Of a stretch of 64,000 bases of DNA, positions 52,915-63,013 are shown one piece after another (the first letter of the stretch is position 1; every line of letters begins with the position of its first letter). A program made the translations under genes and the position numbers. The notes below the pieces were generated by a model. It ran no database searches. It saw only the letters and a program-made list of their open reading frames with translations, and was not told the origin of the DNA. Origin of the DNA: Limosilactobacillus sp. (GTDB lineage Bacteria > Bacillota > Bacilli > Lactobacillales > Lactobacillaceae); NCBI RefSeq assembly GCF_041859915.1, contig NZ_JBFLGB010000002.1, positions 2,097-66,096 of the forward strand. Direction: 5' to 3'.

Positions 52915-53724
52915 TTGATAAAACCAACACTTGTCATTCAGGATTTATCGGCAGTTAGCCAGATTTCACTGACGGTAGCAATTGCGATCTTTCAAGCCCT
53001 TGATCTTCCAATTGCTGTAGCACCCAGTACTCTCTTATCAACACAGACGGAAGGTTTTGGGAAACCGGTAAGCCTAGATACGACCGACTGGCTAGAAAAG
53101 TCTTTTCGGCATTGGCAAAAAAGTCAAATTACCTTTAATGGGATACTTGTTGGTTACCTTGGCACAGTAGGACGAATTAACCAGCTTAGTGCATGGATAC
53201 GGGCAAATCAACTCAAACCAGTAATTATTGATCCAGTGATGGGGGATGCTGGTGCGCTCTATCCCGGACTTGATCCAGCCATTGTTTCGGCAATGCAAAA
53301 ATTGTGCCAGCAGGCCGATATCATTACACCTAACCTGACCGAGCTTCATTTTCTGACCGGGGAAAATACACAAGATGTTACAAAATTGTTGAAAGTGGCT
53401 AGCAAAATGTTTGGCTGCAGGGTTATCCTGACTGGGGTCAAGAAAGGACAATACGTCAATAGTTACCTTCTTGGAGCAGGGAAAGACAATCTGACGGTTG
53501 CCAGTAGTTCATATTATCCAGGTCATTTTTTCGGAACTGGAGATGCCTTTAGTGCACTGCTGACTGGTTGGTACCTGAAGGGATTCTCTTTACCTATGGC
53601 GATGCAACGAGCGACTAAAGATCTCCAAATCGCGGTCAGGCAAACTGCTACTTTATCATCAAAGGAACGAAAGTTTGGCTTAAAAACTGCGGCCATGCTG
53701 CAACAAATTTTGGCTGAGGGCTGA
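52915..53724 (+). CDS. PfkB/ribokinase-family pyridoxal/HMP kinase
   Basis: QDLS, GYLG, IDPVMGD, ITPNLTE and GTGDAF. Confidence 0.82.
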   Translation: MIKPTLVIQDLSAVSQISLTVAIAIFQALDLPIAVAPSTLLSTQTEGFGKPVSLDTTDWLEKSFRHWQKSQITFNGILVGYLGTVGRINQLSAWIRANQLKPVIIDPVMGDAGALYPGLDPAIVSAMQKLCQQADIITPNLTELHFLTGENTQDVTKLLKVASKMFGCRVILTGVKKGQYVNSYLLGAGKDNLTVASSSYYPGHFFGTGDAFSALLTGWYLKGFSLPMAMQRATKDLQIAVRQTATLSSKERKFGLKTAAMLQQILAEG

Positions 53725-53738
53725 AAAGAGGAGAAAAA

Positions 53739-53855
53739 ATAAAGATCAATAAAGGACAAGCGGTGTTACTGATCTTTATTTCAATGATTTTGTCGGGTAT
53801 TAGTTATATTCTCCTTAAACAAGCAATAAATACTAGTATGTACTACTCAATGTGA
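53739..53855 (+). pseudogene. Truncated membrane-transporter N-terminal fragment (EamA/DMT-like) with ATA in the start position
   Basis: SD GAGGAG then (I)KINKGQAVLLIFISMILSGISYILLKQAINTSMYYSM*. Confidence 0.3.
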
Positions 53856-54036
53856 TCACTTAATTACTAAAACGACACCGGCAACAAGCAAGTTATATTT
53901 AAACTAAGCAAAAATGAGATTAGTGAGGAAATCTTGTTTTCTCACCAATCTCATTTTTGTATTCTTATTAGTTGACTGGTACCTTGGTTCATAGTTTAAA
54001 ATTAAAAATAGGTTTAAACGAAAAGAGGGGAGATAG

Positions 54037-55890
54037 ATGGACCAGAACGATGTTATCCGGTATATTGACCAGCAATTTGGGGTTCAACCCAATTATCGTT
54101 TAGCACACCAGTGGAATGCCTGTGTGTTTGCGTCGCCGGTCAACGGGCGCTGGTTTGCCTTGATTGAACAACCACGGGATCAATCAGCGGCTTACCTGGA
54201 TATTAAGTGCGGCGGACCGACCAGTGCACAATTAACCCAACCTCACCGCATGAATCCTCAGACCTGGCGAGGAGTGATCTTGGATGATCAAGTGTCACCG
54301 CAAATAGTTGAGGATGCATTAACTACGGCTTTCAAACAATCACTAGCGGAAACAACTCACCAATCAGTGGAACGTCTAATCTACGTCCCTCCCGTTCGTC
54401 AGACTAATCCATACCATGACCAACCCTTACCGCCAATGAGTGACCGAACTGTGCCTTTCGCTAAGCCCAATCCCCTCCCTGCACCATTACGAAAAATGCG
54501 GGCATTATATGATTATACTTTGCCACTGAGTTGGGGACGAGCAAAGAACTTCTATGTTCAGGGACAAAGCGTGGCCGACTATACTGATGATTACCAATAC
54601 CAAGGTCATTTTCACCGTTATTTTCCGGTCTATCACGACATGTCGAATACCCAGTTGCGGGGATATTTTGCTTGGCGCACAAAAATTCGCCACCATGAAT
54701 ATGTTAAGGCGCCCACCTCTTTTGTCTACGTCTATTTATATGAGTTGATTAACCAAATTGGGGTGGATTCACCGATGGCTGGTTACCAACAATTGGTGGC
54801 TTTCCAGCAGGGTTATGGTAAAATGATGGACCACAAGATGACTAGATATCTTCATCAGTGGCTTCAGGATTACACGGTATACTACCAATTAAGTGACCAG
54901 GAGGTGCAGACACAGTTTCAACACCAGATTGAAATTGATGAAGCTTATTGGGTCCTGCTTAAACCGGTGAAGCAGAAGGCGAGTGCTGTCACTACAGCTC
55001 TAGAGGAATTTTCCTCGTACCAGCTCAATCATTGTCCGTTGCACAAACAAGATCCTGCACTGCTGGCAACAATTGTTAAGACGGTGTGGTGCCGACTATG
55101 TGACTTACCTACTGAGAATGTTCAACGCAATTACTTGGGGTGGCAGGGCATGGAGACAACCCGGCCCTTCGCCAATGCGGTTTTTTATGATCGGGCAAGT
55201 CAACAGCAATTTAGTCGTCAAATTGACCACCTTTGTTCTTATCATTACTATGATGGGCGGTGGGAACACCACTATTACATCCCGACTACCCGGCGGGCCC
55301 AAAAGATTGGTAGTCTCCTCCATGAGATTGATCGTTTGGTTCGGCAAACTTTCCATCAAGGGCGGGCACTTAAACCGCGTCCATTGGCTCCAAATATTCT
55401 CAATCAAATTAAACCGGCCATTCAAGATGCTCGGCACCAGGTTCAACTTGCCCGGCGCCCGAAGATTAAGATTAACCTAGGCGACTTAGATCAAATCCGT
55501 GCCGATGCCTCCGTTACTAGGGAGAGCTTACTGACGGATGAAGAACGGGCAGCTGAAGAAGAAGAGGAGCACCATGCACCAGTCCAAGCTACTCAACCAA
55601 CTGTACCGGCTGAATCAGCTAACAGTTCGGAAAATACTAAGGAGGCGGCAACCTCTACTGCTGACCTTGGCTTATCGACGGCTGAATATTATTTGCTGAC
55701 TCATCTTTTAAACGGTCAGGATTGGCAAACTTACCTTCGTCAACACCACCTAATGGTTAATATCTTAGTTGATAATATTAATGACAAGCTATTTGATGAG
55801 ATCGGTGACACGGTTATCGAGTTCGATGACCATAACCAACCCCGAATAATTGAAGACTATCGGACTGATCTCCAAGAATTATTAAGTTAG
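54037..55890 (+). CDS. sngA: TerB-N/TerB-C domain protein with N-terminal MmcQ/YjbR-like domain (Shango SngA-like)
   Basis: TerB-N motifs FPVYHDMSNTQLRGYFAWRT and YVYLYELINQIG; TerB-C motif LVDNINDKLFDEIGDTVIE; first gene of an ATPase-helicase operon. Confidence 0.75.
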   Translation: MDQNDVIRYIDQQFGVQPNYRLAHQWNACVFASPVNGRWFALIEQPRDQSAAYLDIKCGGPTSAQLTQPHRMNPQTWRGVILDDQVSPQIVEDALTTAFKQSLAETTHQSVERLIYVPPVRQTNPYHDQPLPPMSDRTVPFAKPNPLPAPLRKMRALYDYTLPLSWGRAKNFYVQGQSVADYTDDYQYQGHFHRYFPVYHDMSNTQLRGYFAWRTKIRHHEYVKAPTSFVYVYLYELINQIGVDSPMAGYQQLVAFQQGYGKMMDHKMTRYLHQWLQDYTVYYQLSDQEVQTQFQHQIEIDEAYWVLLKPVKQKASAVTTALEEFSSYQLNHCPLHKQDPALLATIVKTVWCRLCDLPTENVQRNYLGWQGMETTRPFANAVFYDRASQQQFSRQIDHLCSYHYYDGRWEHHYYIPTTRRAQKIGSLLHEIDRLVRQTFHQGRALKPRPLAPNILNQIKPAIQDARHQVQLARRPKIKINLGDLDQIRADASVTRESLLTDEERAAEEEEEHHAPVQATQPTVPAESANSSENTKEAATSTADLGLSTAEYYLLTHLLNGQDWQTYLRQHHLMVNILVDNINDKLFDEIGDTVIEFDDHNQPRIIEDYRTDLQELLS

Positions 55891-55900
55891 GAGGATTATT

Positions 55901-57232
55901 GTGCCAAAAGTACGTAAACGGGTTCCCAAACGGATCGCTCAAACAATCTTAAATTCTCTTAAGGGGGGCGTGGTCCCCCGAATCGGTTTGCCCTACATTG
56001 CGGTTGGACGGAAAGATGAAATTGCGGCGCTACTCCATGACGTCGACATCATCAGTGAGGGCGGAGCCTCTTTTCGTTTCATTATGGGACGTTATGGTTC
56101 AGGAAAGAGCTTCCTGCTCCAAACGATTCGTAATTACGTAATGGACAAGGGCTTTATCGTGGTTGATGGCGACCTTTCACCAGAACGCCGGCTTCACGGC
56201 GGCAATGGTAAAGGCTTAGCTACCTATCGGGAGTTGATTCAGAACTTATCGACCAAGACTCGACCCGAGGGAGGAGCCTTGAACCTGGTTCTCGATCGTT
56301 GGATCAGTTCTGTTCAGGCCCGCGTGGTTAGTGACCAGGGAATTGATCCTGATGATCCTAAATTTGCTTCGGCGGTTGATAAGGAGATTTACAAAGTGAT
56401 CGCCTCCTTAAATGAACTGGTTCACGGCTTTGATTTTGCTAAACTCTTGGAAATGTACTACCACGCTTATGTGGATGATGACCAAGAAACCAAAGCCAAG
56501 GTAACCAAGTGGTTTCGTGGTGAGTATGACCGGAAAACCGATGCCAAGAAGGAATTAGGGGTCAATATCATCATTACCGATGATGACTGGTATGAATACT
56601 TAAAGCTCTTTGCCACCTTCTTCCGCCAAGCTGGTTATCAAGGGATGATGATCATGATCGATGAACTGGTCAACATCTATAAAATTCCTAACAGTATTAG
56701 CCGTCAGTATAACTATGAAAAGATTCTGACAATGTATAACGATACGTTGCAAGGGAAGGCCAAATACCTGGGGATCATCATGTGTGGAACTCCTCAAGCA
56801 ATCGAGGACCGGCGGCGGGGCGTTTATTCTTATGAAGCCTTGCGTTCCCGGCTAACTGCGGGTAAATTTTCCCAGGAAGGGGCCCGGGATATGTATGCGC
56901 CAGTCATTAAGTTGGAACCATTGACGGCCGAAGAAATGCTGGTATTGACGGAAAAGCTAGCTGACATGCATGCTGACCTTTATGGTTATCAACGCACGAT
57001 TAGTGAGGATGATCTTGCCACTTTCATTAAGATTGAATACGGGCGAATTGGGGCCAGCTCCAACATCACGCCCCGAGAAGTCATTCGGGACTTCATTGAG
57101 TTATTGGATATTCTTTGGCAGAATCCTAAGACAAATGTCAAGACTCTCTTGAAATCTGATCAATTCAACTATAACCAGTCGAATGCCGTTTCGGATAAGA
57201 AGGATAATGGCTTTGCAGAGTTTACGATTTAA
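55901..57232 (+). CDS. sngB: DUF2791/BrxD-like P-loop ATPase (Shango SngB-like)
   Basis: SLKGGVVPRIGL, Walker A GRYGSGKS, Walker B IMIDE, YEALRSRL and TPREVIRDF. Confidence 0.8.
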   Translation: MPKVRKRVPKRIAQTILNSLKGGVVPRIGLPYIAVGRKDEIAALLHDVDIISEGGASFRFIMGRYGSGKSFLLQTIRNYVMDKGFIVVDGDLSPERRLHGGNGKGLATYRELIQNLSTKTRPEGGALNLVLDRWISSVQARVVSDQGIDPDDPKFASAVDKEIYKVIASLNELVHGFDFAKLLEMYYHAYVDDDQETKAKVTKWFRGEYDRKTDAKKELGVNIIITDDDWYEYLKLFATFFRQAGYQGMMIMIDELVNIYKIPNSISRQYNYEKILTMYNDTLQGKAKYLGIIMCGTPQAIEDRRRGVYSYEALRSRLTAGKFSQEGARDMYAPVIKLEPLTAEEMLVLTEKLADMHADLYGYQRTISEDDLATFIKIEYGRIGASSNITPREVIRDFIELLDILWQNPKTNVKTLLKSDQFNYNQSNAVSDKKDNGFAEFTI

Positions 57233-57250
57233 TTTGTGAGGGGGATAACG

Positions 57251-59506
57251 ATGGACGTTTTTTCACGTTATGCGCCTTTTATTCAGGATTATATTTACAG
57301 CCAAGGCTGGCGGAGCTTACGGGCAATCCAGCAAGCGGCTGGTGATGCCATTTTTAACACCGACCAAAACGTGCTTTTGTCCGCCCCGACAGCTTCAGGG
57401 AAAACGGAAGCGGCCTTTTTCCCGATCCTGACCTTGATGAATGAGCAGCCGCCATCCTCGGTTGGTTGTCTTTACATTGCACCCCTTAAAGCTTTGATCA
57501 ATGACCAATACCAACGACTCACTGACCTTTGTCATGAACCAGGGATTCCGGTTTGGCGCTGGCACGGGGATGTTTCCCAGTCTCAAAAGCGGAAACTCTT
57601 GCGTCATCCATCTGGTGTCTTGCAGATCACGCCGGAATCGCTGGAGTCGTTGATGTTAAATAAGCATATGGATATTCCAAGCCTTTTTGGTGATCTTCGT
57701 TTTATCGTCATTGACGAGATTCACTCGATGCTTCGCGGTGATCGTGGCGGTCAGACCTTTTGCCTGATTGAACGTCTGAGCCGGTTAGCTGGTTGTCACC
57801 CGCGGCGGGTTGGCCTTTCCGCGACAATCGGTGATCCCCGGGCGGCTGGCCAGCTTTTGGCTGCTGGCAGTGGGAAAGGGACTGTTATTCCTAAGATCGC
57901 CGACACCCACGAAGTTTGGCGCCTGTCGATGGAACACTTTTACAAGGACCCGGTTCAGGCCGGTGATGATGCCAACGTTAAGGGAGCCCAACCAACCCTC
58001 GACCAGGCCACCGACAAGGCACCAACGATGGCTGATCCTGGATTGGCTTACATTTTTGACCATACCCGAGGAAAGAAATGCCTGGTCTTCACCAATAGTC
58101 GTGAGGAATGTGAAGCAGTCTGTCAAGCTTTACGGGCGTATTGTGCCGCTAATCATGAGCCGGATCGGTTTATGATTCACCATGGCAACCTTTCACCCTC
58201 TTTTCGTCAGACTGCCGAAGAAGCAATGCGTGACGAGGATTCGTTGATGACTACCTGTGCGACTGCTACCCTAGAATTAGGAATTGATATTGGTCGTCTT
58301 GAACGGGCCTTTCAAATCGATGCGCCCTTTACTGTTTCAGGATTCTTGCAGCGGATGGGACGAACCGGTCGTCGGGGTAACCCACCGGAAATGTGGTTTG
58401 TGATGCGTGAGGAACATCCAGAATCCCGGGCAATGTTGCCGGAACTGATTCCTTGGCCATTGATTCAGGGAATCGCCTTAGTTCAACTTTACCTAGAAGA
58501 GCGTTTTGTCGAACCACCCCGGACCGGTCGCCTGCCTTATAGCCTTTTATATCATCAAACGATGAGCACTTTAGCCGCTGGTGGAGAGATGACTCCGGCG
58601 GAATTAGCTTCCCGAATCTTGACCTTATCTTACTTTCACAATATCAGCCAGGATGACTATAAGGTTCTATTGCGTCATTTGCTGAAGATTGACCACCTTG
58701 AAAGAACTGCCAACGGAGGTTTGATTGTCGGATTAGCGGGTGAACGGGTCGTTAATAACTTTAAGTTCTATGCCGTCTTCCAAGAGAATGTAGAATTTAG
58801 TGTTCATGCTGGTTCCGAAGAGCTAGGAACGATTGTAAAACCGCCGCCGGTAGGAGACAAGATTGCTATCGCCGGTCGAGTCTGGGTAGTTGAAGACGTT
58901 GATCGCAAGCATCATCAGGTTTATTGTCACCAGGTTAAAGGTCGAGTTCCAGCCTATTTTGGTGATGTAGCCGGAGACATTCATCCGCGGATTCTAGAAC
59001 GAATGCAACAAGTTCTCGCCGAGGATAAGACCTATCCTTACTTAATGAAGAATGCGACCGCTCGTTTGCGTGAAGCTCGTGAAACCGCTCGAGCAGCAGG
59101 GATGATTAACCAATCGTTAATTAACCTTGGCGGTAAGATGTGGTGCCTTTTTCCATGGACGGGAACCTATGCTTTCTTGGCCTTGGAACGGTTGCTACGG
59201 TTGAAATGTGCCCGACGGCTTGGCTTACGCGGCTTTAACTCCGTTCGGCCCTACTACATGGAATTTTCTATGGACGTGACAGTCGATGAGTTTTACCGAA
59301 TCGTCGGTGAGGAAGCGGCCAAGGACCTTGATCCGCTTGACCTGGTTTTTGAGAATGAAGTGCCAACCTTTGATAAATATGATAAGTACGTTCCCGATGA
59401 ACTGGTTAAAAAAGGTTTTGCCCGTGGTGTTCTCGATATTAAAGAAATGCGTCGTTGTGTTCGCCGGATGATCCGCAAGTACCGACGCAGTCAAACTAAA
59501 GAATAA
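57251..59506 (+). CDS. sngC: Lhr-like DEAD/DEAH-box SF2 helicase (Shango SngC-like)
   Basis: APTASGKT, PLKALINDQ, TPES, DEIH, LSAT, TLELGIDIG and QRMGRTGRRG; ATG 57251 with SD GAGGGG. Confidence 0.85.
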   Translation: MDVFSRYAPFIQDYIYSQGWRSLRAIQQAAGDAIFNTDQNVLLSAPTASGKTEAAFFPILTLMNEQPPSSVGCLYIAPLKALINDQYQRLTDLCHEPGIPVWRWHGDVSQSQKRKLLRHPSGVLQITPESLESLMLNKHMDIPSLFGDLRFIVIDEIHSMLRGDRGGQTFCLIERLSRLAGCHPRRVGLSATIGDPRAAGQLLAAGSGKGTVIPKIADTHEVWRLSMEHFYKDPVQAGDDANVKGAQPTLDQATDKAPTMADPGLAYIFDHTRGKKCLVFTNSREECEAVCQALRAYCAANHEPDRFMIHHGNLSPSFRQTAEEAMRDEDSLMTTCATATLELGIDIGRLERAFQIDAPFTVSGFLQRMGRTGRRGNPPEMWFVMREEHPESRAMLPELIPWPLIQGIALVQLYLEERFVEPPRTGRLPYSLLYHQTMSTLAAGGEMTPAELASRILTLSYFHNISQDDYKVLLRHLLKIDHLERTANGGLIVGLAGERVVNNFKFYAVFQENVEFSVHAGSEELGTIVKPPPVGDKIAIAGRVWVVEDVDRKHHQVYCHQVKGRVPAYFGDVAGDIHPRILERMQQVLAEDKTYPYLMKNATARLREARETARAAGMINQSLINLGGKMWCLFPWTGTYAFLALERLLRLKCARRLGLRGFNSVRPYYMEFSMDVTVDEFYRIVGEEAAKDLDPLDLVFENEVPTFDKYDKYVPDELVKKGFARGVLDIKEMRRCVRRMIRKYRRSQTKE

Positions 59507-59588
59507 GTTAAAGCTCGATAATCCAGTCCTGCTATTAGTAGCTGAATTACCGAGCTTTTTATTTGAAATCAAGGTTATTATTTTAAAA

Positions 59589-60542
59589 CTATTCTAAGAC
59601 AATCACTTTACCAAAACTATGGTTGCTTTCCAAGTACTCATGAGCCTTCTGAATTTCGTTAAGTTTGAAGATCCGGGCCGGCTTTAGGTTGACGTGGTAC
59701 TGCTCAATGAATTTAATCATTTGATTGATCTTAAATTCATTGACGGTCGCTGAATTAAAGCTGGTCAAGTAACTGTTAGTCGGAAGGTCCTCAATGGGGT
59801 CAAAGTGCGGAATCGTCCATTGGTCACCCAATAAACCGGTTAGGCAAACAATGCCACCAGACTGCATGTGGGCAAAAGTATCCTTAATTGTCTTAGGACC
59901 TACCAGTTCTAGGCACTTATCGTAGTGATCATCAGTTTGTAAGTGGCCCGCTTGATCTTCAATGACGTCACTATAGCCTACTTGGAGTAGACGTGGCGCC
60001 TTCTTAAGATTCCGGGTTGAACCTACCAGGTGTAATGCTGGATAAGCGGCATGGACCAGTTTGGCGAAGGCCACGCCAACTCCAGAAGTAGCTGCCCGTA
60101 CTAAGACCCGGTCATGTGGGGTTAGATGCAGGTTAAGCATTGAACCAAAGGCGGTAAAGTAGGTTTCTGACATTGTTGCTAATTGGGCCCAACTCAATTG
60201 GGTAGTGACCGGGTAAATTTGATTGTTGGGCAAAAGGACCTTTTCGGCGTAGGAACCATCGAAGGCTCGGCCCATCTCTCCCATGATGGAGATGACGTGT
60301 TGACCGACCGGTAGACGACCAGGATCGGTAGTCTTCTCGATTTCACCGACACATTCGATACCAAGGATACGGGGGAACTTTACTGAAGGTGAGTCTCCAC
60401 GACGAGTGAAAATTTCTGAGTGGTTAATACCGAAACCCTTGATGTTGACTAAGGACCAACCGGGCTTAGTTGTTGGTGTAGGTACCGTCGTGTATTCAAG
60501 CACTTCGGGTCCACCAGCATGTCTAACAACAACTGCTTTCAT
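59589..60542 (-). CDS. MDR-family quinone oxidoreductase-like dehydrogenase
   Basis: GGPEVL, PRILGIECVG, GSYAE, ATSGVG and FGKVIV. Confidence 0.88.
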   Translation of the reverse strand: MKAVVVRHAGGPEVLEYTTVPTPTTKPGWSLVNIKGFGINHSEIFTRRGDSPSVKFPRILGIECVGEIEKTTDPGRLPVGQHVISIMGEMGRAFDGSYAEKVLLPNNQIYPVTTQLSWAQLATMSETYFTAFGSMLNLHLTPHDRVLVRAATSGVGVAFAKLVHAAYPALHLVGSTRNLKKAPRLLQVGYSDVIEDQAGHLQTDDHYDKCLELVGPKTIKDTFAHMQSGGIVCLTGLLGDQWTIPHFDPIEDLPTNSYLTSFNSATVNEFKINQMIKFIEQYHVNLKPARIFKLNEIQKAHEYLESNHSFGKVIVLE

Positions 60543-60557
60543 GATCGTTGCCTCCTA

Positions 60558-61427
60558 TCATTTTGTACGCTGATAATTTTGCTTTAAAAAGTCACCCATA
60601 TTTTGGGGAGCATGGCCAGTGATATGACGGAAATCATTGGTAACCTTATCCATCAGCCCCATCGCGGCGGCCCGATACATAGAAGCCAATTCGTCGCCGT
60701 CTCCCTCGGCCCGGTAGATATCGGCAAACTTTTGAAGAGTTACTGGGGAATAGCCAATTTGCTTGCCGGTTGCCGCAGTCATCAAGCGGGCTAGTTCAAC
60801 CATGTTGTAGTTTTGCTCCATAGTTAAGAGATAATTTTGTCCGTGATTCCGCAGGTAAGGTTTAACCGCTACGTTGGCGATTGCTTCGGCACTGTCAGCA
60901 CGAGAGATGAAACTCATTGCTTGGTCACCGACCGGGTAGATCACGTTGTGCCGTTCAATTAATTCCGGTAGGTAAGGAATCAGCGGATCAGCGTAGAGTG
61001 AATTCTTGATGACTGCGTATTGGAAGCCAGAAGAAGCTAAGCGTGCTGGGAGGTAAGCGTAGTAGCCCGCCATTTGGAAAGGATTATTGGGCTGGTCGGC
61101 GATAAAACTAACGTCGACCAGGTTGCACACTCCAGCCTGTTTCATAGCCGTCAGTGAGTTTTCAAATTCATTGATTCGGTCTTGGACATTGTAGGTGATG
61201 CTGGGGATGTAGATCAGGACGTCGACACCTTGAAAGGCCTTAGTCATTGTGGCCACTTGACGATAATCAATCGCGGCGAGCTCGTAACCAGCGTTCTTAA
61301 GGTGAATAGCCTTTGCTGGAGTATGGACTCCAAGCCGAATGTTTTTGATCCCAGTTAGTTTGCGGAGCTGAGTGACTACCTTTTGGCCGAGGTGGCCGGT
61401 AGCCCCGGTAACCATGTATTTAGTCAT
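60558..61427 (-). CDS. NmrA-like atypical SDR / NAD(P)H-binding oxidoreductase
   Basis: VTGATGHLG, FISRAD.AEA and GHAP; start refined to ATG 61427. Confidence 0.85.
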   Translation of the reverse strand: MTKYMVTGATGHLGQKVVTQLRKLTGIKNIRLGVHTPAKAIHLKNAGYELAAIDYRQVATMTKAFQGVDVLIYIPSITYNVQDRINEFENSLTAMKQAGVCNLVDVSFIADQPNNPFQMAGYYAYLPARLASSGFQYAVIKNSLYADPLIPYLPELIERHNVIYPVGDQAMSFISRADSAEAIANVAVKPYLRNHGQNYLLTMEQNYNMVELARLMTAATGKQIGYSPVTLQKFADIYRAEGDGDELASMYRAAAMGLMDKVTNDFRHITGHAPQNMGDFLKQNYQRTK

Positions 61428-61887
61428 TATTTGAGACTTCCTTTCGTTGAGTGGCTTCTTTACGTGCTTGGTGGACCAGGATGGTGTTGATGACATCCTG
61501 GAGGCTGGTTTGTGCCAGTTTAGCCTCAGCAGCTATTTCTGCTTCATGATAATAGGCAGTTAAGGTTTGCTGAATATTGCCCCCGACGATGCAATCCGGA
61601 TTGGTTTTCTTGTCGATCGTGAAAAGGTGCTTTTCTCCTTCGGTAGCTAAGAAAACATCATATAGGGAAATTTGGTCGGCAGCTTTAGCGAGTCGTGGTT
61701 CGGCAGCCCCATGAACAGTATTAAGTAAGCCTGCCTTGCGGAGACGACTCATTAAACGGCGTACGACCACCGGCGAGGTTTCAATACTGGAGGCAATGTT
61801 ATTACTAGTTAAGGGAATCTTACCCGCATAGATATTAATGAAAGCGAGAATATGGATGCTGTCACTGAATCGGGTTGAGATTTTCAT
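61420..61887 (-). CDS. Rrf2-family transcriptional regulator (YwnA/SifR-like)
   Basis: ISTRFSDSIHIL, PVVVRRLMSRLRKAGL and NPDCIVG motif. Confidence 0.88.
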   Translation of the reverse strand: MKISTRFSDSIHILAFINIYAGKIPLTSNNIASSIETSPVVVRRLMSRLRKAGLLNTVHGAAEPRLAKAADQISLYDVFLATEGEKHLFTIDKKTNPDCIVGGNIQQTLTAYYHEAEIAAEAKLAQTSLQDVINTILVHQARKEATQRKEVSNND

Positions 61888-61909
61888 AGTCATCAGTCCT
61901 TTACTATTA

Positions 61910-61930
61910 TTGTAATTTTTATAGTTACAA
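61910..61930. promoter_or_regulatory. Rrf2 operator palindrome TGTAA-N9-TTACA
   Basis: ttgtaatttttatagttacaa just upstream of the Rrf2 gene. Confidence 0.65.
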
Positions 61931-62056
61931 ATATCAAGAAGCAGACTTTAAAAATTAACAGTATATTTTGATTGACAAAAACATGTATAAAGAATATGAT
62001 CATAGTCGATAAGTAAATTGTTGAAACATATTTAGTTACAATTGGAGGCTAATTAG

Positions 62057-62956
62057 ATGAAATTTAAGAAAGCAATGGTTGCTGCAGCATTAGGCGCAGC
62101 TACCTTATTATTGGGAGCAATCGTTCCCGCTACGGCAAGTGCTGCTAGCAATAAACCAATTATTGTTGGTTCCAAGAATGTGGCTGAGAGTAAGACCGTC
62201 GGTGAGATTTATGCCCTTGCTTTAGAGCATGACGGCTACAAGGTAACCCGTAAACCAAATATTTCTAATAACGTGGTCTTTTCCGCTACTCAAAAAGGTC
62301 AGGTTGACGTTTACCCAGATTATACGGGAACGATTGTGGAGGCTTACTTGAAGAAGAACGGCCAAGGCAAATCTAGTGCCCAGATGGCTAAGATTGCCCG
62401 GAATGGGATCAAAAAAGATGGCCTGACGACTTTTAATTATGCACCAGGTGATGATCGCCAGGGTGTTGGGATGCCAACCAAGGTTGCTAAGAAGTATGGT
62501 ATTAAGAACCTGAGTGATTTACAGAAACAAGCACCAAAGTTGCGCTTGGCTTCTCAGGGTGAATTCGAAAAGCGTCCTGATGCATTGCCAGCTATGAATA
62601 AAGCCTATGGTAAGTATCACTTTAAGTCATTAAAGGATTATGACACTACTTTACTTTATAAGATTATGAGCCAAGGCAAGGCTGACGTGGCTCCCGTTTC
62701 AACCACTGATGGTCAACTGGCGACTGGTAAATTTACCTTAATTAAGGATAATAAGGGCATTTGGCCACCATATAACTTAGTACCAGTTGTCAATGCCAAG
62801 GCGGCTAAGAATTATCCGAAGATGAAGGGAACCCTAAATAAAGTGGATGCTAAATTGACGACTAAACAATTGGTCAGTCTCAACAAGAAGGTTGGTGTTG
62901 ATGGGCAAAACTACAAGACTGTTGCCCAAAACTGGTATAATAAGAACATCCAATAA
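62057..62956 (+). CDS. Glycine betaine/carnitine/choline ABC transporter substrate-binding protein (OpuCC-like)
   Basis: VGSKN..ES, VDVYPDYTGT, TTDG and WPPYN.VPV. Confidence 0.88.
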   Translation: MKFKKAMVAAALGAATLLLGAIVPATASAASNKPIIVGSKNVAESKTVGEIYALALEHDGYKVTRKPNISNNVVFSATQKGQVDVYPDYTGTIVEAYLKKNGQGKSSAQMAKIARNGIKKDGLTTFNYAPGDDRQGVGMPTKVAKKYGIKNLSDLQKQAPKLRLASQGEFEKRPDALPAMNKAYGKYHFKSLKDYDTTLLYKIMSQGKADVAPVSTTDGQLATGKFTLIKDNKGIWPPYNLVPVVNAKAAKNYPKMKGTLNKVDAKLTTKQLVSLNKKVGVDGQNYKTVAQNWYNKNIQ

Positions 62957-63013
62957 TGATCGTTAGCTGTGATGGTTAAAATCACAGCTTTTTTTTATCA
63001 GGAGGGATCACCC

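Noticed and set aside
55901-59506. BREX system (BrxD ATPase plus helicase)
   Set aside because: No pglX, pglZ or brxC; the TerB-N/C partner fits Shango better
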